The notes under the pieces: model-generated
The model's database searches: none
The model's input: only the letters and a program-made list of their open reading frames with translations
Told to the model about the DNA's origin: nothing
Part shown: piece by piece, positions 26,739 through 36,673 of the stretch
Layout of the letters: every line of letters begins with the position of its first letter
Numbering within the stretch: position 1 is the stretch's first letter
Position numbers and translations under genes: made by a program
NCBI RefSeq assembly: GCF_902652985.1
Contig: NC_047032.1
Coordinates: 24,366,001 to 24,430,000 of the forward strand
DNA length: 64,000 bases
DNA from: Pecten maximus
Taxonomy: Eukaryota
Reading direction: 5' to 3'

Positions 26739-28557
26739 TGTGACAAGGCTGGTTGCTAGGGAAATAGCTCGTATAGGCCAGCGTTGTCACGTAGTATATA
26801 GGAATCTTCAACAAACAAAGATGAATCTTGTTTCTGTGTCCAAATAGATGTTTTATTCGTGGCGTCTTGTTCGAAAGTCAAATGATACATAATATACAAT
26901 ATAAATTTGAGGAATGAAACGTTTTATATTAATTTACACATTTACGTACAAATGGAAAGATCGAAATAAGAACAAGTTATATATTGTAACAATGATATCA
27001 AAATAATTGTTTATAATAAGTATTAATAAAACCACGGACTTAGAAAGTCTAATTCCGTAATAACTACGTTAGAAATGCATAACGCTTATACAAAGGAACG
27101 AGTCATTAAATGACCCTATATACAGTGTATAGAATTTCGCAGTTCAAGGTCACAAACGACCCTAATTATAACTGAATACTTGTGGCACAATATATATACA
27201 TAACATGACATATAAAACAAATACTTTCCAATAAATGCAATGAGAAAGATAAAACTAGCGAAATAAGACTCAAAATGGTTATCCGCAAAAATGTGAAAAA
27301 CAAAGGGAACTTACATGACTTTATAAATACTAAATCGAAACCGAAATATAATGTCCGGAATAATATTGATTTAGGCAATTTGTGTGATTCAATACTTTAA
27401 GAACGAATGCTGATTCTCATAAGAAGACAAATACCAATAATGAGAATTCCTACTCATCAATTTAAACTTAAAATTGATTACATATTTAATGACGCGGAAC
27501 TATAAACCACATGATAAATGCGAACATCAAAAAGCAAAGATTCTTTATAAAGCAAATACTACAAACCGATAGTTATTAACTGACTTTCTATTACAAGAAA
27601 ATATTAACAATGATATATACGAAATATCTTTACAACGAGAAACTAACGTTATTAAACTAAATTCATACAAAGTATATTCTTAAAACAAGCATTATTAAAA
27701 TGCATATCTATTTATAAAAATAGTATTAAGGCAAGAATACTTATCTACATATCTAGAAACAAAAACGGAAAACTTTACATTCATAAATCATCAGAACATA
27801 TAAAATTAGGTTGATAAACAAGGAAAGTTCTTACCTTCAACAAACAAAGATGAATCTTGTTTCTGTGTCCAAATAGATGTTTTATTCGTGGCGTCTTGTT
27901 CGAAAGTAACAAGAACCACCTGGACACAGTAAGTTAAGAATCATCGGAACTTTCCTAAACCAATCAAATTACGTTTTACAAATTACTTCGGCTGAAGTTT
28001 CATCTATTAACCAATCAAACCTAATTTAGCGTAATGGTCAGTAGCTCTGTTTGTTTACCGAACTGGCCATGACCGGTTAATTACTGGTTTAGACCTGTCA
28101 CCAATATCTCAGGTTAGCTGAGGTATTGTGACGTAACAATTGTCACTAGACCCCTTAATTGCCGGCTAAGTGAAAACATTTCTTTTGAAGTTATTGGACA
28201 TATGGCCTGACACTAATTCCTAAAACGACTCAGAAATAACAGCTTGGAACACCTGTGATCGAATCTTTTAAGGACAGCTTTTTATATGTTTGTTTATCGC
28301 TGACATATTGACTGACATTCTAACGAAGGCTTATATCTTGTAAACACTTTGTAATCCTGATGTGTTATAATACAACTTTTAAGGAATAGCGGACATTCCT
28401 GTTCAAAATAAAATCTTAAAGTCAAAATTATCTTTCTCATTTTAAGTGAAATACAAAAATTAAATTATCTAAACTAGAAGTCCTATTGATATAAAATATA
28501 TCGTTTAATTTTTGCTTTATTTTGAAACCAAATATGACAGTGTTTAACACTGCGACA
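26739..28557 (-). repeat. 3' LTR (1819 bp)
   Basis: Matches 33492-35312. Confidence 0.95.
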
Positions 28558-28572
28558 TTTCCTCCGGGCTTC
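28558..28572 (-). promoter_or_regulatory. Polypurine tract GAAGCCCGGAGGAAA
   Basis: Purine-rich run abutting the TG of the 3' LTR. Confidence 0.6.
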
Positions 28573-29337
28573 AAAAACCAATTCCTCCGGAATTGCAAAT
28601 TGATATAAGGAAAGAAAAAAACAACAACATCAAACATGTTTGAAAAATCAACATATGTCAAACAACGAAATTAAAAAAAAATGTAAAAAAAATAGTTATA
28701 TACAACATCATAAGTAAAAGAACATGTTCAATCAGTAGACATGAGATGGATCACACCAGGCTTGTGTCAATGGATATAGTTGTTGTACACATGTCACGGA
28801 AATGCAGGAGAGATAAATTCAAGTCACGAAATAAATCCAAAGGGAGAAAACTCAAAACGAAGGTGCACAGGTATAATCCGTAACGAAGTAAGTTGGGTCC
28901 CTTTCACAACTACTTTATTGAATCCACTTTTATGTACCGGAAGTGGAAAAACACAGATTGTACGTCTCAAGGTTTCCTCGCAGAATCGTGCATGGATATG
29001 TTGACGTCGACATTAAAACAACACAGAATTAATCCACCAGTGAATACACTGTTTGTTCGTGACCATATGTGTTCCTTATGGAAATTGTCACATTAACTAT
29101 CACAATAAAAATGCCTGTTTGTTGTGTGATCCAGTTAAACGAACAAGAAATACGAGAAATTCAAAGGTTATCATGCATTCCCAGTACATATGATCTGATG
29201 GCAAAGCAAACTTTTAAGTATACGATGAAAAAGGTTAAAAGAGAAAAAAAAAATCATAATAAAAATCATAAAATGAGATATCTACATATGTATAGTGTCA
29301 AATGTGGGAGGATTGAAAATCCATTTGAGCATGGAGT

Positions 29338-31749
29338 TCATGCCGTATCTGTCATCTTTGGGTAAACCGACTCGACGGTGGGCTCAGAGGTTGCAGAGAG
29401 ATCTTTGACCTGAACTGGTAAGATGACGTCACCTATGCGTTTATATAGCAATGCATTGAAGGGCTTTGAAATAATGTTATGGGTCCTGTATGCCAAAAGA
29501 GGGTCAAGCTTTATGTCACTGGGCAAACTCCACTTTGTATTAAGTCCGGTTACTTCTACGTTCAAGCCTGCCCAGTCAACAAATAAAAATGATCGTAACC
29601 CGAAGCTAACTCTAAAATCTTTCAATGGGTATTCTGAAGTAAACGACAACGAATTATGGGCGTATGGTATTTTCCGTATGGGAATAAGAACTGTTGATTG
29701 CTCGTTGGATAATTCGAGCACCAACTGAAGCTTATTAGACCTACAATATTTGTATATCAGATAGATCACCAGGGCAATGATTGCTAACGTGCCTAAAATT
29801 TCAGATGTGGAATACACATGTTGAAGAGGAAAGGTAAATGGGAGTTCTGTTGTAGTTGGAACGGAGGGTGTAGAATAATGAAATATTGGTATTGAGTAAG
29901 TCTTTTGAGCCTTGTGCAATAACGTAACAACTGTTGCGAGTTGGCGATATTTTTGAAAGAGAGCAACGAATGCTAAGAAACTCAAGATCGCTACGGAAGT
30001 AGATAAGAGCGAAAACATTAGGGCATAATTGAAACTCGGAACAAACTTAGCTGCATCATCTAGCATTGTTTCAGATAGAGTTTGAAAAATGACTCTATTT
30101 TGCCTAGCGCTTTCCGAAATGGTCTTGATATCAAGGCTGGCTTTTTGCTCACTAGCTATCAAACTTGAAAAATTGTGGGTAAAAAGTTGAAAATGTGGAA
30201 CTTTAACATCTAACGGTTTTAAAAATGCCGAATCAGGTGTCAAGTCGTCTAGAGAGGAATTGAAAAACTGCTGTAGTAAAATAAGATTCACCGCATGGAC
30301 CATCGTTATATCGTGTGTTTGGTTCTTCCTACATCCAGACCAATGTTGCGGTATAAAGAATGATTTGGTTGACAGTGAACATTTACATGGAACCGAAATG
30401 GTACAGAATGAGCATCCTTCATAAGTTGTACTACTGTCTTCACAGTTTATGTCAAAACTTGAAATATTGATCAATAGAAAATGAGAAGAATTCAAGCTTA
30501 CAATTTTTGGATTAATGACATCTTGTTTGAAATGAAATACACAATTTGGATTGATCGCTCTTAATTTGCTATGAAAAAGACTCAGGAAACATGAGTTTTT
30601 AGTATCATTCCGAAATACAAGATGTCGTTCACAGTGCCAAATGTGATTGTGATGTGCACATGATTTCAAATCTCTCCTTTTCAACTCATCGAAATATTTA
30701 TTGTCAGATGACAAAAGTAAAAAATCATTGTCAGAAACTAACTCAGTTCCATGTTTGCTTGTGGAATTCAGGGGTATTGGAAAACTAGCAACACTAAACA
30801 ATTTAGCTTTAATGGCTGAAACAGGAAAATTGACCGCTATAAAAATGCTTGAAAATTGTCTAAAAATCACATACTTTGCGTTTCGGTAATAAAATGTAGG
30901 ATGTGAATGGGTTAAGAAAAATCCATGAGGTTGAAGTTTTTCTTCAATATAATTTAAAATATTCGTTAGGACATCGTCCGGAACTAACAAGGGAGATAAT
31001 TTGCCCTGTAATGTACTTAATACACCCATCAGTAGCTCCTCATATCGGGTCAATACTCTAAGAGACAGTCTTGTTTGTTTTGTCATAGCAGCTACTAATT
31101 GCGCTTGTGCAATTTCTGCTGAAATGAGGGACTTATTGAAATTATCTCCTATTAATTCAATTGCATTATGGTTATCAGTTACAGCATCAAACGTGTTGGT
31201 AAGCCTATGGTCAAAATTCCTAACAGCAGCAGTAAAAGTACCTATCTGTTTCGAAGCAGCCTGTGCCATTCTCTGTTGGTTTGCCCTAATCATTGCGACA
31301 TTTCTAGATAATTGCTCTACATCTGAGGTGGTTGAAGTGCCAAACAGAGTTTTAGCTAAAGAGCCTATAAATGGGAGAAAAGACCTACGTTTCCTACTCA
31401 TCGAAAAACGGTTTAGATTGTGATGAGGTAAAAGTTTCTTAATCTTTGACAAAATTGTTCCTACATCTAAACGCGTCTGCTTATGTAGAGCCACAATTTC
31501 AGTTATTGCTTCTTGATACCATGGGCATTGTCTACAATTCAGGGGTTTTTCCGATACAAAAGGAAAAAGAGGTAAGTCCAACTCAAAATAATGTGTCCAC
31601 TGGTCTGCCGTTGGGTAAAGTGATCCTTCATTCTTGAAGGTAACACCATAGTTTGGTAAGGTTTTTATACCGTCACGGGTTGTTATTCCTGCTTTCCCAA
31701 TTGATACGGCCGTACAGAAAAGTAAACAGAAAAAAGGGAAGGTGGCCAT
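29338..31749 (-). CDS. env: Envelope / class I fusion glycoprotein (baculovirus F / errantivirus Env-like), 803 aa
   Basis: Signal peptide, furin site RKRR(122) followed by fusion peptide SFLPFIGSLAKTLFG, heptad repeats, Cys-rich region with N-glycosylation sequons, TM ~575-598, second hydrophobic helix ~651-666. Confidence 0.9.
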   Translation of the reverse strand: MATFPFFCLLFCTAVSIGKAGITTRDGIKTLPNYGVTFKNEGSLYPTADQWTHYFELDLPLFPFVSEKPLNCRQCPWYQEAITEIVALHKQTRLDVGTILSKIKKLLPHHNLNRFSMSRKRRSFLPFIGSLAKTLFGTSTTSDVEQLSRNVAMIRANQQRMAQAASKQIGTFTAAVRNFDHRLTNTFDAVTDNHNAIELIGDNFNKSLISAEIAQAQLVAAMTKQTRLSLRVLTRYEELLMGVLSTLQGKLSPLLVPDDVLTNILNYIEEKLQPHGFFLTHSHPTFYYRNAKYVIFRQFSSIFIAVNFPVSAIKAKLFSVASFPIPLNSTSKHGTELVSDNDFLLLSSDNKYFDELKRRDLKSCAHHNHIWHCERHLVFRNDTKNSCFLSLFHSKLRAINPNCVFHFKQDVINPKIVSLNSSHFLLINISSFDINCEDSSTTYEGCSFCTISVPCKCSLSTKSFFIPQHWSGCRKNQTHDITMVHAVNLILLQQFFNSSLDDLTPDSAFLKPLDVKVPHFQLFTHNFSSLIASEQKASLDIKTISESARQNRVIFQTLSETMLDDAAKFVPSFNYALMFSLLSTSVAILSFLAFVALFQKYRQLATVVTLLHKAQKTYSIPIFHYSTPSVPTTTELPFTFPLQHVYSTSEILGTLAIIALVIYLIYKYCRSNKLQLVLELSNEQSTVLIPIRKIPYAHNSLSFTSEYPLKDFRVSFGLRSFLFVDWAGLNVEVTGLNTKWSLPSDIKLDPLLAYRTHNIISKPFNALLYKRIGDVILPVQVKDLSATSEPTVESVYPKMTDTA

Positions 31750-32607
31750 CTCGTCAAGAGAACCTACAAAGACACCAAAGGGAGATTTTTAAATAAAAAG
31801 AAATAATTTCATTATCGATCAATGGTAGTGAAAAAAAAGGTGGGAAATATGCGTCGACTCATATTTAACCCTAGCACTAGTTTACCCCTAGATTTTCTAA
31901 GGTAGGTATTGTTTTTAGACTATCATTGATGTCCACTATCAAAAATAGAGAAAGAAAAAAAAATGAATCTTTAAAAACAAAAATGGCCCCTAGAACTTAT
32001 TTCTGAGAATTTTCTTAGGATTTCAGCAGATAAAAAGAATAAACAAAATTCTGTATTCCATGACACGGCAAAGACCTTTATGGCTTCACATTTCAATATC
32101 ACCTAACTACTCTTGAAATCTGGATTTTATCATGAACCTACTATATATTCCTATGGTTCACACAATATCAACTTTAAAGAAAGGACAACTGAAACTACAT
32201 ACATCTCCTACAAAAATTCGCTTGACATGTTACTATACGTATGCGAAATATTATTGAATCGACAATATATCGAACGTTATGCTAACCATAGTGCAATTAA
32301 GTGTTAGCATCTCTTAGCTAACTACACTTTTCAGGCTGCTTACCACGAAAGAAAAAAAAAATATTCAAATACACATCTCATGTACACTTTCCAATTAAAT
32401 AATGAAAAGAAAAAAAAATACCTCTTTTATTCCACTTTTCTACTAAACTTATCACTCTCACATTGAAATGGAAATACTGCTTAAATTAACACTAGTTTTG
32501 TGTCTATGGTAACGATATAATGGTCTATACACTTTTAAAATACTTTTTAGCCTTACCTAACCTTTTCTTTTTGCGCCCTTGTTTTGTATGAGTTCTGTTA
32601 TATTCAT

Positions 32608-33462
32608 CTACCCTGATTGGAAACGACCCTGCGATGCACTCTCTGTTAAAACGTTTACACTTTTGTTTAGTTGTGACGTCATCACCGAAATAGCACTGAG
32701 AATTTTATCAAGAGCCTCTGAAGATTGACTTTGATCTGGGGATTTTGCATTTTGACTTGACTCTGAAGATGCTTTGTCTTTGGTGTTGTTAACCATAAGG
32801 GACCTCTCTGCTATCTCTGCAGCCCTCGTAAAATCATCTAATGTTTTAGGATCCGATTGTATAACCGGCGTTCTGATATCAGGTTTAAGACCTGCCATTA
32901 AAATGTTGAAAACTTGCTTTTCATCTACTTTTGCTTGCCTTGCCTTACACCTTACAGACGTTATGTACTGGGTTACAGGTTGCATGTAACCCTGAACCAT
33001 ACCATGTAGCTCCCGATACGGAATCCATGTCATGTTTTCCGGAACATTAAAACGTTCTTGAAATTTTTGGTATATTTGATCTATGTCTTTCCTTATGGGA
33101 TCAGGTAGCTCCTGAAACCACTGACTAGCTGTCGACTGACTTTTGATGCACATCGAAAACAAATTTGGTTGAAGCGCTTTATCTGTTTGTGCAAACGTAA
33201 CATAGTTTTTAAACTGGTCAATAAATGTGTCTGCTTCTTCTTGAGATTTGGACTCACCCGCAAATTGTGTTATAGCCTTATGAATGTTGACCGCCATACT
33301 TTTTTTCTTTAATTTTGGTTGTTCTTGTTGAATAGTATGCTGTTCGGAGTGTTCTTCTACTGGCGGTGCCTGTAGATACTGTTGGCTGTTCAAGAAGTCT
33401 GGTCCATACTTTCTAAGCGGGTATCCGTGCCGTATATCGTTGATAGGCTGGTTACCAGACAT
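32608..33462 (-). CDS. gag: Gag (Ty3/Gypsy capsid-like), 284 aa from the first ATG, no CCHC knuckle
   Basis: FIDQFKNY, ASQWFQEL, QKFQERF, MVQGYMQPVTQY (MHR-like), MAGLKPDIR, PKTLDDFTRAAEIAE; ATG lies just after the PBS. Confidence 0.88.
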   Translation of the reverse strand: MSGNQPINDIRHGYPLRKYGPDFLNSQQYLQAPPVEEHSEQHTIQQEQPKLKKKSMAVNIHKAITQFAGESKSQEEADTFIDQFKNYVTFAQTDKALQPNLFSMCIKSQSTASQWFQELPDPIRKDIDQIYQKFQERFNVPENMTWIPYRELHGMVQGYMQPVTQYITSVRCKARQAKVDEKQVFNILMAGLKPDIRTPVIQSDPKTLDDFTRAAEIAERSLMVNNTKDKASSESSQNAKSPDQSQSSEALDKILSAISVMTSQLNKSVNVLTESASQGRFQSG

Positions 33463-33480
33463 CCGGGACCATCGTGGAAA

Positions 33481-33488
33481 CTCCACCA
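33481..33488 (-). promoter_or_regulatory. Primer binding site TGGTGGAG (complementary to a tRNA-Ala-type 3' end)
   Basis: Starts 3 nt after the CA of the 5' LTR; complement of ..CTCCA-CCA; only 8 nt recognisable. Confidence 0.65.
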
Positions 33489-33491
33489 AGC

Positions 33492-35312
33492 TGTGACAAG
33501 GCTGGTTGCTAGGGAATTAGCTCGTATAGGCCAGCGTTGTCACGTAGTATATAGGAATCTTCAACAAACAAAGATGAATCTTGTTTCTGTGTCCAAATAG
33601 ATGTTTTATTCGTGGCGTCTTGTTCGAAAGTCAAATGATACATAATATACAATATAAATTTGAGGAATGAAACGTTTTATATTAATTTACACATTTACGT
33701 ACAAATGGAAAGATCGAAATAAGAACAAGTTATATATTGTAACAATGATATCAAAATAATTGTTTATAATAAGTATTAATAAAACCACGGACTTAGAAAG
33801 TCTAATTCCGTAATAACTACGTTAGAAATGCATAACGCTTATACAAAGGAACGAGTCATTAAATGACCCTATATACAGTGTATAGAATTTCGCAGTTCAA
33901 GGTCACAAACGACCCTAATTATAACTGAATACTTGTGGCACAATATATATACATAACATGACATATAAAACAAATACTTTCCAATAAATGCAATGAGAAA
34001 GATAAAACTAGCGAAATAAGACTCAAAATGGTTATCCGCAAAAATGTGAAAAACAAAGGGAACTTACATGACTTTATAAATACTAAATCGAAACCGAAAT
34101 ATAATGTCCGGAATAATATTGATTTAGGCAATTTGTGTGATTCAATACTTTAAGAACGAATGCTGATTCTCATAAGAAGACAAATACCAATAATGAGAAT
34201 TCCTACTCATCAATTTAAACTTAAAATTGATTACATATTTAATGACGCGGAACTATAAACCACATGATAAATGCGAACATCAAAAAGCAAAGATTCTTTA
34301 TAAAGCAAATACTACAAACCGATAGTTATTAACTGACTTTCTATTACAAGAAAATATTAACAATGATATATACGAAATATCTTTACAACGAGAAACTAAC
34401 GTTATTAAACTAAATTCATACAAAGTATATTCTTAAAACAAGCATTATTAAAATGCATATCTATTTATAAAAATAGTATTAAGGCAAGAATACTTATCTA
34501 CATATCTAGAAACAAAAACGGAAAACTTTACATTCATAAATCATCAGAACATATAAAATTAGGTTGATAAACAAGGAAAGTTCTTACCTTCAACAAACAA
34601 AGATGAATCTTGTTTCTGTGTCCAAATAGATGTTTTATTCGTGGCGTCTTGTTCGAAAGTAACAAGAACCACCTGGACACAGTAAGTTAAGAATCATCGG
34701 AACTTTCCTAAACCAATCAAATTACGTTTTACAAATTACTTCGGCTGAAGTTTCATCTATTAACCAATCAAACCTAATTTAGCGTAATGGTCAGTAGCTC
34801 TGTTTGTTTACCGAACTGGCCATGACCGGTTAATTACTGGTTTAGACCTGTCACCAATATCTCAGGTTAGCTGAGGTATTGTGACGTAACAATTGTCACT
34901 AGACCCCTTAATTGCCGGCTAAGTGAAAACATTTCTTTTGAAGTTATTGGACATATGGCCTGACACTAATTCCTAAAACGACTCAGAAATAACAGCTTGG
35001 AACACCTGTGATCGAATCTTTTAAGGACAGCTTTTTATATGTTTGTTTATCGCTGACATATTGACTGACATTCTAACGAAGGCTTATATCTTGTAAACAC
35101 TTTGTAATCCTGATGTGTTATAATACAACTTTTAAGGAATAGCGGACATTCCTGTTCAAAATAAAATCTTAAAGTCAAAATTATCTTTCTCATTTTAAGT
35201 GAAATACAAAAATTAAATTATCTAAACTAGAAGTCCTATTGATATAAAATATATCGTTTAATTTTTGCTTTATTTTGAAACCAAATATGACAGAGTGTTT
35301 AACACTGCGACA
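33492..35312 (-). repeat. 5' LTR (1821 bp, TGTCGCA...TGTCACA)
   Basis: Matches 26739-28557; I saw only one substitution and one 2-bp indel. Confidence 0.95.
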
Positions 35313-35809
35313 GATACATAACGACATAAAATATAATTTCATATTTTTGAAAGATAATTATGTAATGTATACTATTTACAACAATACTAATTAACAAAAC
35401 CATTATTTAAGTCGGTTTTCACTCAGTGTAAGGCATTTGTTGTATACATATATATACGTCAGGCACACAATGTAACATGCATTTATACACATTTAGCACC
35501 TGTACATTATACTTGTACACTGTACGTAATTTAAAGAATGTGTTGCAGGTATTGTGGTTTAAGTAAGTAAAATAGCACGTGTAGATATCACGCATGCTAT
35601 CAGCTTAGTGTGAAGTTACCTGTTTACACGTATTCCAGTATCTGCTGTTATATATATACAATTAGTATACTACTAGTGTTTATGCATATATAATTGTTCA
35701 CATCAATATGTAGAAGTCATGGAACTAGAATTGTTTTCATTTGTATATGTATTTTGAACAGGTATCTGAAAAAAAAGGGTTACAAAAACTGTTGTCCGAT
35801 CATTACAAT

Positions 35810-36673
35810 TCACCGATCGCTAGTAGAGCCAACAGCGGCAGACAGTGACGAGAATCTGTTTTTCGTTGGTGTCGGTCGAATCGATCTATTGGGTGTACTC
35901 TGTTGTGGCTGGTTGTACTTTTTTGTAGGTTTTGTGGCCTGACGGGTACGGTTAACATTAGTAGTGTCGGTCCGAGGTGGTTGAGTTGGTTTGGCTGGTG
36001 CGGGTGTGGGTGTGGGTTGGTCTGGATAATTGCTTAGTTCGGATAGTTTAGTTACATGGGCGTGACCACCATGATGATTACGAATCACTATTCTTCCGTC
36101 CACCGTCCACGTACCGGAAATCACTCCTTGTTTTTTTAGATATCTGGCCTTGGCAAAAACTGAAGCGCGTTGTTTGGTTAGCGCCTCATTCACATAAAAA
36201 GGAATAATAGAATTACTAGATTCCCTATCACTTTGGTGTTGATACATTCTCTTCCTCGCGTCATAAATCTCAGATCGCGTCCGGTAGGATAGGAAACGTA
36301 CAATGATATCCCTAGGGTATTCCGTAGACTTGGGTCCTACCCTATGGGACCTGCTTATATCACTAAGTGTAATAGCCACACCGAGTTCATCATTACATAC
36401 TTTTATTATCAGTTCATCTGTGTCCTCACCTTCATGCTCAGGAATTCCCCGGAATTTAAGGCATGTCCTTCGAGAGTACTGCTCCATATCTGCGACTCTA
36501 TCCTCGAGTCGTTCAATGTGGTCTTGTAAACGAGTAATTCCCAGCTCAGAGAGTAGAGTATTTTTAAAAAGTTCATTTGTCATTAGCTGAGATACTACCT
36601 CTTGTATAATGTCAGGGTCAGTAATTCCTTGAATAACATCAATGCTGGACTTGACTGATTTAGGAAGATCCAT
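35810..36673 (-). CDS. LINE ORF1p (coiled coil + RRM + CTD, L1/CR1 ORF1 type)
   Basis: LEDRVADMEQYSRR..FRGIPE, RSHRVG..PRDIIVRF, YVNEALTKQR, TWTVDGRIVIR; open 287 aa. Confidence 0.88.
   Translation of the reverse strand: MDLPKSVKSSIDVIQGITDPDIIQEVVSQLMTNELFKNTLLSELGITRLQDHIERLEDRVADMEQYSRRTCLKFRGIPEHEGEDTDELIIKVCNDELGVAITLSDISRSHRVGPKSTEYPRDIIVRFLSYRTRSEIYDARKRMYQHQSDRESSNSIIPFYVNEALTKQRASVFAKARYLKKQGVISGTWTVDGRIVIRNHHGGHAHVTKLSELSNYPDQPTPTPAPAKPTQPPRTDTTNVNRTRQATKPTKKYNQPQQSTPNRSIRPTPTKNRFSSLSAAVGSTSDR

Larger units (their letters stand above)
31764..34587 (-). other. Predicted env intron (donor GAAG|GTAAG in the 5' LTR; acceptor CTTTGTAG|G 14 nt before the env ATG)
   Basis: Consensus splice sites at 34587 and 31765-31764; the joined leader has no upstream ATG. 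Confidence 0.6.
26739..35312 (-). mobile_element. Pol-less, env-bearing Gypsy-type LTR retroelement (LTR-gag-env-LTR)
   Basis: Two ~1.82-kb TG..CA direct repeats, PBS, PPT, open gag and env; no room or motifs for PR/RT/IN. Confidence 0.93.

Noticed and set aside
26739-35312. 1.8-kb repeats as an assembly duplication
   Set aside because: TG..CA ends, adjacent PBS and PPT and the enclosed gag-env show real LTRs. Caveat: the only differences I saw are near the LTR ends, so the interiors may have been homogenised in assembly and identity could overstate youth.
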